In this document: positions 10,205-18,211 of the stretch, one piece after another
Position numbering within the stretch: position 1 is the first letter of the stretch
Layout: the number at the start of each line of letters is the position of its first letter
Sequence record: SRR31156797_511
Direction: 5' to 3' (one strand)
DNA: 53,083 nucleotides
The notes under the pieces: generated by a model
The model's database searches: none
What the model was told of the DNA's origin: nothing
The model's input: only the letters and a program-made list of their open reading frames with translations
Translations under genes and position numbers: made by a program

Positions 10205-10440
10205 AAAAACAAAATCCGGCAGTAAAAAATAAAAGGAAGTTTCAAATTCTGAACAGGAAAAATAAGACTCATGGCCCAGAATAGCAACCATGTTTTTCAA
10301 GTGAATAAAATTTAAGCTTCGCCATGCCCATCTCTGTATTCCCATTTAACAAATCAGCATATTTCCCAAGCTCGTTGACAGCACACAGATTAGGCCTATA
10401 ACAATCATACACATCAGCAAAAACATAACGGAGAAAGGAT

Positions 10441-11427
10441 ATGGCACTAAAAAAACTAGCTACGTATTTCACTTTGATACTTATGACCGTTGCGCTATAT
10501 GCATGCAACATAAAAAACACCACCCCATTACCAAGTGCTCCCGACTACTCTGAAAATAAATTCTGGTCTATAAAAGAAAAAAACATCAGGCATAAAGTTG
10601 ATGTTTTCTTTGTACACCCCACAACATACGGCCCACCAGCCAACGGGCATTTAATCGCTGATTTAAATAACCAGAAGCTTAATCACATAACCGACCGCGA
10701 CACGGTGCAATGGATAACGGCTGCCTTTGCTGACTCCTGCAATGTTTTTGCACCTCGATACCGTCAGATGAATATTGAAGTGTTGCAAATGGACGACCAG
10801 CATCTACAAAAATACTTAAAGACCCCGGTTGCAGACATTGAAGCCGCTTTCAAATACTACCTCAACAATTTAAACAACGGACGCCCATTCATTCTGGCCA
10901 GTCATAGTCAGGGCTCCTTTGTCCTGCAAACATTGCTGCGCAGGAATCCTGAACTGCTGGACAAAAACAAACTGGTGGCAGCATACATGCCGGGATGGAC
11001 TTTCACAGATCAAGACATCCAGGATCTTGACCTCAAGCTGAGTGAAAAACCGGATCAGACCGGATGCCTGATAACTTGGAATACAATCGGTCCCGGTGGA
11101 ATATCCCCCACAATAAAAAAAGGAGCACGTTGTGTGAATCCACTCTCATGGAATACTGCCACAAAAGAATTCCCGGCATCCATGAATATAAATGCTAAAA
11201 TTTTTCTTAGCCCCGGTAAGAAGCTACTTATCAAAAATTTCACTGCTGCCCGCATAAATGAAGATGGAGCACTGGAAATCCCCACTCCGAGACCGGAAAC
11301 GGCAAATCAACTGAACATGTCACTGGGAAAAGAGGTCTACCATCGTTACGATTACGATTTCTTTTTCTACAATGTGCAGGAAAACGTGAAGCAACGCTGC
11401 AATGCCTATTTTAAAGAACACATATAA
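10441..11427 (+). CDS. DUF3089-like lipoprotein alpha/beta hydrolase
   Basis: Lipobox LYAC; DVFFVHPT, FAPRYRQ, NNGRPFILASHSQG and H.YDY motifs. Confidence 0.85.
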   Translation: MALKKLATYFTLILMTVALYACNIKNTTPLPSAPDYSENKFWSIKEKNIRHKVDVFFVHPTTYGPPANGHLIADLNNQKLNHITDRDTVQWITAAFADSCNVFAPRYRQMNIEVLQMDDQHLQKYLKTPVADIEAAFKYYLNNLNNGRPFILASHSQGSFVLQTLLRRNPELLDKNKLVAAYMPGWTFTDQDIQDLDLKLSEKPDQTGCLITWNTIGPGGISPTIKKGARCVNPLSWNTATKEFPASMNINAKIFLSPGKKLLIKNFTAARINEDGALEIPTPRPETANQLNMSLGKEVYHRYDYDFFFYNVQENVKQRCNAYFKEHI

Positions 11428-11429
11428 TC

Positions 11430-11467
11430 AAAAAGGGGTTGGTGAGAATGCTCACCAACCCCTTTCT
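11430..11467. terminator. Bidirectional terminator closing the phage-derived cluster
   Basis: AAAGGGGTTGGTGAG-AATG-CTCACCAACCCCTTT perfect 15-bp stem. Confidence 0.85.
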
Positions 11468-11473
11468 TATTTT

Positions 11474-11698
11474 TTATTGCAAAATTTCACTAACCACGCT
11501 CCGGCCCAACACGGACTCAAAAACATGCCTGTAATCATCAGGTGAAGCCGAACCATCCTTGCAAACCCGGCTAAAAGCAACCCGAGTCTTCGGGCTCATC
11601 TGGCCGATATCAAAATCTTCATGACTACGCTTTGCCGGAATTTCGCGATGGATGGAAACACCGGGCTGTTCTTCAACTTTATGTATCATTTCAGACAT
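11474..11698 (-). CDS. Small protein coupled to the tail fibre (possible chaperone)
   Basis: ATG overlaps the fibre stop (TAATG); ends just before the terminator. Confidence 0.6.
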   Translation of the reverse strand: MSEMIHKVEEQPGVSIHREIPAKRSHEDFDIGQMSPKTRVAFSRVCKDGSASPDDYRHVFESVLGRSVVSEILQ

Positions 11699-13920
11699 TA
11701 GGGTTTCTCCTTAATATAGATCTTACCACTTTTAAAAGTAACCACATCCCCACTCACAGCCATAGCAAGCCGTTTAAGAGCCGGGTTATCCTCCAGCGCA
11801 ATTTCCTTCCCGGTAATTTTGAGGTCATCGCCATCAATCGAACAGGTGTAACTTGCCGGGGGCAGTGTGCAGCGATTAGGGATAGCAACCACTGTCTCCG
11901 CAGTAGGAGCACTCGCAAGGACGGTTTTCAGAATTATGGTAGCAGTATAAGTACCGTCCCCGTTATCCACCTCACTAACTGACTCAATTTCAACTAACTG
12001 ACCATCCACCAGCAGATGCTTGTGCAAGCCGCCAGCCATAAGAATCTGGTCTTTGATGGAGTCATTGCTTACTATTTCTATAGAGGTTGTAGTAGACGTA
12101 ACAGAACCAGCATCAAGGACTTCAATTGTGCCAAACATCCTATCTGTAACACTTCTAAAAGAGCGGATAAAATTAAATTTAAGTTCATCAAAAGTCTGCA
12201 TTTCGGAAAAGTCAAAAGAGCGCTTTTCACCATAGGTCCATGAACTGGTTAGTAATCTTGAATCGACTTTAACCCAATCATTTCCGGACCTTCTAACGAA
12301 GACCTCCCACTCCTTGGGATTCAAATCAGCCCCGGTTGAAGTGGAATCCCATGCTTGAAAACTGTAGCCCGCTGCCGTCTGGGTGGAGCCATATGCAATT
12401 GTCAGTTCGCACAAACCTGACTCAGTCCAGCGCACTGCAGAATCAACACTTCTCCTCCCAACGTACCAAACTGGTCCTGCTGGAGCAGATTCGACTGGAG
12501 TAAGGTTTGACGTGATTGTACAACCATTAGTAGTTTCTCCGGTCATTTCAGGGATAAGGTTCGCCCCGCCTCCAGTCCTTTTCTGTTGCAATTTTTTTTC
12601 CTGCCCAAGATACTCACCCTCAACTCCAGCACCGACCTTAATCGCAACATCTGATTTTTTAATCGCCTTTGTAGGAACTCCGGGCAGAGCCTGAACGAGA
12701 GTTGCGGAATACTCCCCACTACCGGCATCAACAATGCTGCTAATCTTCGCCTCACCCTGATCCGTAACAACCGAACCTGTATAGTTTTCATTGACTTTCA
12801 AAACGCTTGCGCTTGTACCGTCCAGAAGAGCCAATTTTCCGCTAATCTGTACAATTTCCGCCGTAGCGGAAACAATCTGATTTATATTATCTGCAGCAAC
12901 GGAATATGCAGGAATATGAACTCCGTCCGCATCTACGGTTGCACCGGGATAACCAACAATGGAATCGGCAAAGACCATGGTCGATCCGTCCTGGACAGAA
13001 ATATGTTTTACCAGCAACTGATGCTTAGCTGTCTCAGAATAGAACTCTCCCCGTCGTCTTCTAATCACATCAAGACTTTTAGTCACATCGATAAATGTAG
13101 GCTCAAGAACCCAGCTAATAGTATTTCCGGAAATTGAAGCAGAACCGAATCCGAAGGTATTAATTTCATACGAAGTGACCCCATCTTCGGAATGATCAGT
13201 GATTACAATTGAAACGGTTGTACCTTCCGGGGCCTCAGCTGGTGCGGAAAGAATTGGGGTAGAACTGCGTAACGGGCTTAAATCACCCACAGCAATTTTT
13301 ATGGCTGAATCCCTTGCTTCCTCAGCTGCTGACTGGGCCAGCAAAGCCTTATCGCAGGCAGCCTCTGAACTGGTTTGTGCCGCTTGCGCATCAACTAGCA
13401 TCCCCCGGGCATTCCCTTCGGCATCAATAGCACCACTGCGAGCGGAAACGGCTTCGTCCCTTGCATTGGAAATAGTCTGTACCATTTCGTGTGGTGTAAG
13501 GCGCTCTTCGACTGGTGTTGAAATGTCATATTTCAAAGCCCGATCAACCTGTTCCTGCAGCTGCTGGTCACGCATTACCCCGCGATCAAAAGCTTCATTC
13601 AAAAGCTGCGCAGAAAAAGGATCATTATCCACCAATTCAAGTTCCTGCGTATAGACTATTTCCCGGTAAAGGGTAATCCTTTGTCCCGTGGAAAGAGGTT
13701 CTCCGCTAATTGGATGCTGAACCCGTCCCCCTGAGTCACTCCCAACACCGGAAATGATCTTGAAATCACTGCCCAAGACTAAACGCTCTTCCTTGCCCTC
13801 GCTATTGCGCAAAACTGCGCAAAGATCCTCAGCCTTGAAAATACGGAAATTAAAATCAAAAAAAGTCTGAACACCGTCCCCAGCAAAAGTGATAGTGTTC
13901 CCACTTGAAACCACAGTCAT
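11698..13920 (-). CDS. Phage tail fibre / receptor-binding protein
   Basis: T7 gp17-like N-terminus (GDGVQTFFDFNF...ITLYR...LNEAFDR..M..QQL), Ala-rich coiled coil, discoidin-like module; AGGAG RBS. Confidence 0.85.
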   Translation of the reverse strand: MTVVSSGNTITFAGDGVQTFFDFNFRIFKAEDLCAVLRNSEGKEERLVLGSDFKIISGVGSDSGGRVQHPISGEPLSTGQRITLYREIVYTQELELVDNDPFSAQLLNEAFDRGVMRDQQLQEQVDRALKYDISTPVEERLTPHEMVQTISNARDEAVSARSGAIDAEGNARGMLVDAQAAQTSSEAACDKALLAQSAAEEARDSAIKIAVGDLSPLRSSTPILSAPAEAPEGTTVSIVITDHSEDGVTSYEINTFGFGSASISGNTISWVLEPTFIDVTKSLDVIRRRRGEFYSETAKHQLLVKHISVQDGSTMVFADSIVGYPGATVDADGVHIPAYSVAADNINQIVSATAEIVQISGKLALLDGTSASVLKVNENYTGSVVTDQGEAKISSIVDAGSGEYSATLVQALPGVPTKAIKKSDVAIKVGAGVEGEYLGQEKKLQQKRTGGGANLIPEMTGETTNGCTITSNLTPVESAPAGPVWYVGRRSVDSAVRWTESGLCELTIAYGSTQTAAGYSFQAWDSTSTGADLNPKEWEVFVRRSGNDWVKVDSRLLTSSWTYGEKRSFDFSEMQTFDELKFNFIRSFRSVTDRMFGTIEVLDAGSVTSTTTSIEIVSNDSIKDQILMAGGLHKHLLVDGQLVEIESVSEVDNGDGTYTATIILKTVLASAPTAETVVAIPNRCTLPPASYTCSIDGDDLKITGKEIALEDNPALKRLAMAVSGDVVTFKSGKIYIKEKP

Positions 13921-13987
13921 AATCTACTCCTATTAACGTTACTAACTCATTTAAATACCAACCTTATATTTGTATTTTAAAAAGAAA

Positions 13988-14019
13988 GACGGACCTGAGT
14001 AACCCAACTCAGGTCCGTC
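13988..14019 (-). repeat. GGACCTGAGT hairpin copy 1 (terminator-like on minus strand)
   Basis: GACGGACCTGAGT-AACCCA-ACTCAGGTCCGTC perfect 13-bp stem; T tract follows on the minus strand. Confidence 0.85.
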
Positions 14020-14045
14020 CTCTAAAACAATTATGCGGAAAAAAA

Positions 14046-14882
14046 TCATCCGCCTATCTTTGAACTCAACAGACTCCCGGCCATACTCATTCCCTGATTC
14101 AAGAATCCACTGTTCGCTGCTGAATCGCTTTTGTTTGTCTCCTCCTGTGTAACATTATAATTCAACACCGACTTGCTGTGTGCAGACCAAACCGACAAAT
14201 CACCCTTCTCAATCATCCTGTTGGAATTAACCTCCGCCTGATACTTTACAATCTCTGCATCGTATGCGGCCTGCCGGATGGTATCTTCACGTACATCAAC
14301 AACTGAACCGGAATTAAGACGCACCCCCTTATACCCGGAAATAGAATGGTTACGGCGATACAGTTCACGGCGCAGAGTCGCCAGCTTGATTTCAGCATCC
14401 TGCTTGATAAGCTGAGCTTCTTTGTAACTAACGCTACGGTTATACACCCCCTGCTGCATAAGATGATAATTGTTCACCTCGGTCATCTGAGAATTGTACT
14501 GAACCTCACTACGCGCCTGACTTCCACTTATTATAGACTGTCCAAACTGAGTCATCATACCCAAATAGCTGTTTCCGCCGCCTCCGCCAAGCAAGCTGCC
14601 GCCTGCCCCGGTAGATGCTCCTGAGGTTGCACCTCCTGAACCGGAGACACTCCCCGTGCTGATCATGCTGGAAAGCCCCTGTCCCGTTAAACCGCTTAGG
14701 CTCCCACCGGACACACCGGACAGACCACCGCCACCAAAAACACCGCTCAAAGCATCTGAGCCAACATTGCTCCATGAAGAACCCTGCCCTGAAATCCCCC
14801 GAGTAACGGCTCCCGATGCCATACTGCTTGCAGCCCCTACAAGCATTTGTGAGCCATAATTATAAATAACTCCCATTGCCAT
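14046..14882 (-). CDS. Putative small internal virion/ejection protein (T7 gp14-like) with Gly/Ser-rich N-terminus
   Basis: Position after gp13-like gene; coiled coil followed by GVRLNSGS..DV..DT motif; GGAGGT RBS. Confidence 0.6.
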   Translation of the reverse strand: MAMGVIYNYGSQMLVGAASSMASGAVTRGISGQGSSWSNVGSDALSGVFGGGGLSGVSGGSLSGLTGQGLSSMISTGSVSGSGGATSGASTGAGGSLLGGGGGNSYLGMMTQFGQSIISGSQARSEVQYNSQMTEVNNYHLMQQGVYNRSVSYKEAQLIKQDAEIKLATLRRELYRRNHSISGYKGVRLNSGSVVDVREDTIRQAAYDAEIVKYQAEVNSNRMIEKGDLSVWSAHSKSVLNYNVTQEETNKSDSAANSGFLNQGMSMAGSLLSSKIGG

Positions 14883-14883
14883 A

Positions 14884-15381
14884 TTAACTCACCTCCATCT
14901 TACTTCTTCCTAATCTGCGCTGAGCATGGAAATATTCATCTCTGCCCAAACGAATTTTTTCCTTTTCAAATTCAAAACCACACCACTTGTGCCAGAACAC
15001 ACTTTTGCTATTCTGCACGCATACCCATGTATCGAGCAGCGGAAAGCTACGTTGCAGCATATCCAAGAACCTCCGGGACGCCCTTGCAAATGGCAGGGGA
15101 GTCTCGTCCACTGCAACACTGCCCACAACCCAAGGGGTTCCTACTCCTGGAGCGAGAGGTACAACCCCGAAAATTCCATGGATAAAACCATCACGATATA
15201 ACCCGTAAACCAGCTTTGAACACGCCACATCGCCCATGATAATCTCGCACATGGATTTTCCGGGATACAACCCTTCCATATCCCTATAGTCACTTTCACG
15301 GATGTTAACGGCAATATTATTCACCTCTTCCAACGTAGGAATGCCCAGTTTTAAGGATGTCCCGCTTCTCACCCTGCTCAC
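14884..15381 (-). CDS. Phage GNAT-like protein (T7 gp13-like)
   Basis: IRESDYRDM, GIFGV...GVGTPW, V...N..S..W.KWCGF pattern; overlaps the nozzle stop. Confidence 0.75.
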   Translation of the reverse strand: MSRVRSGTSLKLGIPTLEEVNNIAVNIRESDYRDMEGLYPGKSMCEIIMGDVACSKLVYGLYRDGFIHGIFGVVPLAPGVGTPWVVGSVAVDETPLPFARASRRFLDMLQRSFPLLDTWVCVQNSKSVFWHKWCGFEFEKEKIRLGRDEYFHAQRRLGRSKMEVS

Positions 15382-17474
15382 GAATACACCGAAACTTCCG
15401 GTATCAAGGCCAATACAGAAAGCGGCAAAGGCTGGTCCTGCCGGATATAAATCTGCCCATCACGATCATAACCGCGATTGAACTTGACCTCGTAATCTCC
15501 AGTGAACAGAGCAGGAGCACCGCCGACCTTATCCGCCGAAGTACGAAACGGAGCACGCTCTAAGTGTTCCCCGTCATACCCAACCTGCAATCCAAGCGAC
15601 TGAAATAAACGCACAATAACATGAGAGATACGTTTCTTGCGACCCTGAGCAGTGCCGCCGGACATGGCTCCGCCCTCAATACGCAGGGTCTTCATATTGG
15701 AAACATAGGGAAGTCCGGCATGAACGACCTTGGCAGGGGCAGCCAAGGTGATACCCCCATCTTTGACCACAACATCAGGACGAACAGCCCCATCAGCTAA
15801 CACGGAAACATTTTTCCCCTCCAGATGTTCAAGTCCGCTGAAAACGGTATCCGCTACCCCTTGATCGTAAGTCAGCCCCGAATCCACAAAGAAGGCATCA
15901 ACCGAACCTTCACCGACAAACTGATTCTCCATGCGCTCAACATATTTACGGACAATGCCACCGACTTCCCGTTCAACAACCACCCAGACTTCATCTTGCG
16001 TGGGGCCGGGGATGGTGCATACGGAACGAAATTTACCGTCAGTGGAATGGCGATGAAATCCGACCACCTCATGTTCGCGCTGGTAAGTCAGGCCGATCAT
16101 AGTCCCGTCATCACGGATCATCCAGATTACGGAATCCGGCGACTGCTGGTATGCCCACTCAGTGATAGAATTGGAACGGGTCAGGTGTTCAGCAAGGATG
16201 GTCAGATCAGGAGCTACGTAGCCATCAGCCTCAAAGGAATAGGAAAGTTCCCGGATGGTTCGCCTTTCACGCTGCAAAAAAATCATCACTCCGCCCACAA
16301 TCACCGGAGGTATTGCCGCAGAACCGTGGGTGGTTTCACGGCGGACCATAACCGAGTTGGGTGTTACAGCATCTGCACGACTGCCCCCGGAAAGCCACCA
16401 TTCCCCGCCGGAAGTCCCCATGATCAATTTCTTGGAACTGACCATCCAGCGAATGGCATTCACCTGATCAGCAGAGAGGGTATAGGTACAGGAGTCGTCA
16501 TCCACCACAGGAGTAGAAACACCGAAATCCTCGTACGAACCGGCTTTACTCATCCAGATAGTCTGAGGATTGAAGGGACTGGCAGCAAAGCAAAGACGCT
16601 CCTCAAAGAAAGTTACACAGGAAGGAAATCCCTTGTCGCTGCTCCACTCCTCCGGCGGGGAACTGAATTCGACAAGTTCCATCTTCCAATCAACATGGGA
16701 TGTACGTGAAAGCTTGTAAGGTTGCACCTCCGGATGGACCAGATACATCACGTCCGCAGACTGGGTAAAACGGATTCCCGGCAGATCCTTTTCAGTATAG
16801 GGAGTCACTATTTCTACGGGAGCACCCTGATCATCCACCACGATTCCACCATTTTTGTAGATTCGAATATTGCGGTCAGTGAATTCCAAGACATAGGCCT
16901 GTTCGGTGGAAAATTCAAAAGGGATCAGCCGGGTCGCGGGATTAATTTTCCGAACCCGAACTTCCTCAACAGCTCCTGCGAAATCTGCATCAGCAATAAT
17001 GGAAAACAATCCGTCAGCATCCGCCTTGGACCGGAAAGCATAACTTCCGTCAGCGGCAACAAATTCACTCATGCTGTCGCTTCCGGCACTGACACAAACA
17101 GCACCAGCCTGATATTCACTGACCTTAAAGCTGATCTCATAGACAAGGTCCGCAATTAATTTCAAATCCCTGCTGAGTATTGATTTAGCTGTCTGGGTTC
17201 CATCACAAGCAGCTTTGGCAGAAGCCACGGCCCAACCGCTACCTACGGTCCAGCCTGTTGCTGAATCAAGGCTTGTGGGGAGAAGCTGATTACGGCCCGT
17301 AACTTCACGGATGAAGCGGAATCCGGTTCGCCGGGAAGCCCCGCCATGGGGATGGGTAAACATATTTTCAAGCTCGGCAAGCCCGTTGGCATACTTGGCA
17401 AGATCCACCCTGCCGCCCAGCCGGGGTGAAAGTTCCCCGGCACTAAAATTAGTCATAATAAGGGAAACAGACAT
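15378..17474 (-). CDS. Tail nozzle / tail tubular protein B (T7 gp12-like)
   Basis: TNFSAGELSPRL.GRVDL..Y, GG..RR.G, P..V.F.EERL.FA and GLEHLEG..V...ADG motifs; start at ATG 17474. Confidence 0.88.
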   Translation of the reverse strand: MSVSLIMTNFSAGELSPRLGGRVDLAKYANGLAELENMFTHPHGGASRRTGFRFIREVTGRNQLLPTSLDSATGWTVGSGWAVASAKAACDGTQTAKSILSRDLKLIADLVYEISFKVSEYQAGAVCVSAGSDSMSEFVAADGSYAFRSKADADGLFSIIADADFAGAVEEVRVRKINPATRLIPFEFSTEQAYVLEFTDRNIRIYKNGGIVVDDQGAPVEIVTPYTEKDLPGIRFTQSADVMYLVHPEVQPYKLSRTSHVDWKMELVEFSSPPEEWSSDKGFPSCVTFFEERLCFAASPFNPQTIWMSKAGSYEDFGVSTPVVDDDSCTYTLSADQVNAIRWMVSSKKLIMGTSGGEWWLSGGSRADAVTPNSVMVRRETTHGSAAIPPVIVGGVMIFLQRERRTIRELSYSFEADGYVAPDLTILAEHLTRSNSITEWAYQQSPDSVIWMIRDDGTMIGLTYQREHEVVGFHRHSTDGKFRSVCTIPGPTQDEVWVVVEREVGGIVRKYVERMENQFVGEGSVDAFFVDSGLTYDQGVADTVFSGLEHLEGKNVSVLADGAVRPDVVVKDGGITLAAPAKVVHAGLPYVSNMKTLRIEGGAMSGGTAQGRKKRISHVIVRLFQSLGLQVGYDGEHLERAPFRTSADKVGGAPALFTGDYEVKFNRGYDRDGQIYIRQDQPLPLSVLALIPEVSVYS

Positions 17475-17476
17475 GC

Positions 17477-18070
17477 TTACGCCCTCCAGACCGGGGAATC
17501 TATACCGTGAATTCCCCTTGCTTCCAGCCACGGATCTTTGGGAATGTTATCCTCCCTTCCTTCAGCTGAATCCGCTAATCGTGCAGATTGCATGGCATTG
17601 AGATATAATGTCCACATTTCACGGGCTTTGGTGGTGGAACCAGTGATGTCGTCAGCCATTTCCGCAGCCAACCTAGCTGCAAAAGCCATCACGAACGATG
17701 GATCGAAAAGGACCGGATTGGTCATCTTGATGGTATAAACAGCGAAAGCTCCGTCACGATCAGTGAGGATTTTATCACCTTCGACAACAAACTCATCATC
17801 CGAAGAATTGAGCTGCCTAAGATGCAGACAGTCTGAGGGGAGCTGATACTGGTGTGCAAAACCGAAAGCAGGATTATCAGCAAGTTTAGCCAATCTCGTG
17901 CGTGAAGCCGCAAAATTCCATGGATGCTCACGAAGGACCGCATCACGGACCTGATCATAAAAAAGATTACAGGTAACAGCCTCTTGCGACCTGTCACTTA
18001 AGGATTCAATGAGTCTCGCTCCAAGTTTTCGTAAGGCGAGGTTACAGATTTTGACCTCTGAAACAGCCAT
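17477..18070 (-). CDS. Tail adaptor / tail tubular protein A (T7 gp11-like)
   Basis: ICNLAL..LG, RDAVLREHPWNFA, YQLP.D.L and F..A.AARLA motifs; AGGAGA RBS before ATG 18070. Confidence 0.88.
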   Translation of the reverse strand: MAVSEVKICNLALRKLGARLIESLSDRSQEAVTCNLFYDQVRDAVLREHPWNFAASRTRLAKLADNPAFGFAHQYQLPSDCLHLRQLNSSDDEFVVEGDKILTDRDGAFAVYTIKMTNPVLFDPSFVMAFAARLAAEMADDITGSTTKAREMWTLYLNAMQSARLADSAEGREDNIPKDPWLEARGIHGIDSPVWRA

Positions 18071-18140
18071 ATTTTCTCCTGATATGTTTAGGAGATACAA
18101 TTCATTTCGTTCTCCTTTTCATAGTCAGGATAAAAATAAA

Positions 18141-18172
18141 GGCGGACCTGAGTAACCCAACTCAAGTCCGCC
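18141..18172 (-). repeat. GGACCTGAGT hairpin copy 2 (terminator-like on minus strand)
   Basis: GGCGGACCTGAGT-AACCCA-ACTCAAGTCCGCC; the single mismatch is a G-U pair on the minus strand; T tract follows. Confidence 0.85.
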
Positions 18173-18211
18173 TCAAACAACTGTTTTTGATTCTGATACT
18201 TTTACGGCAGC

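Noticed and set aside
10205-10440. BirA operator upstream of bioF
   Set aside because: A GTTGACA half-site is present but no partner at the expected spacing.
11474-14045. Diversity-generating retroelement, expected by analogy with BPP-1
   Set aside because: No reverse transcriptase ORF and no template/variable repeat pair seen near the fibre in this window.
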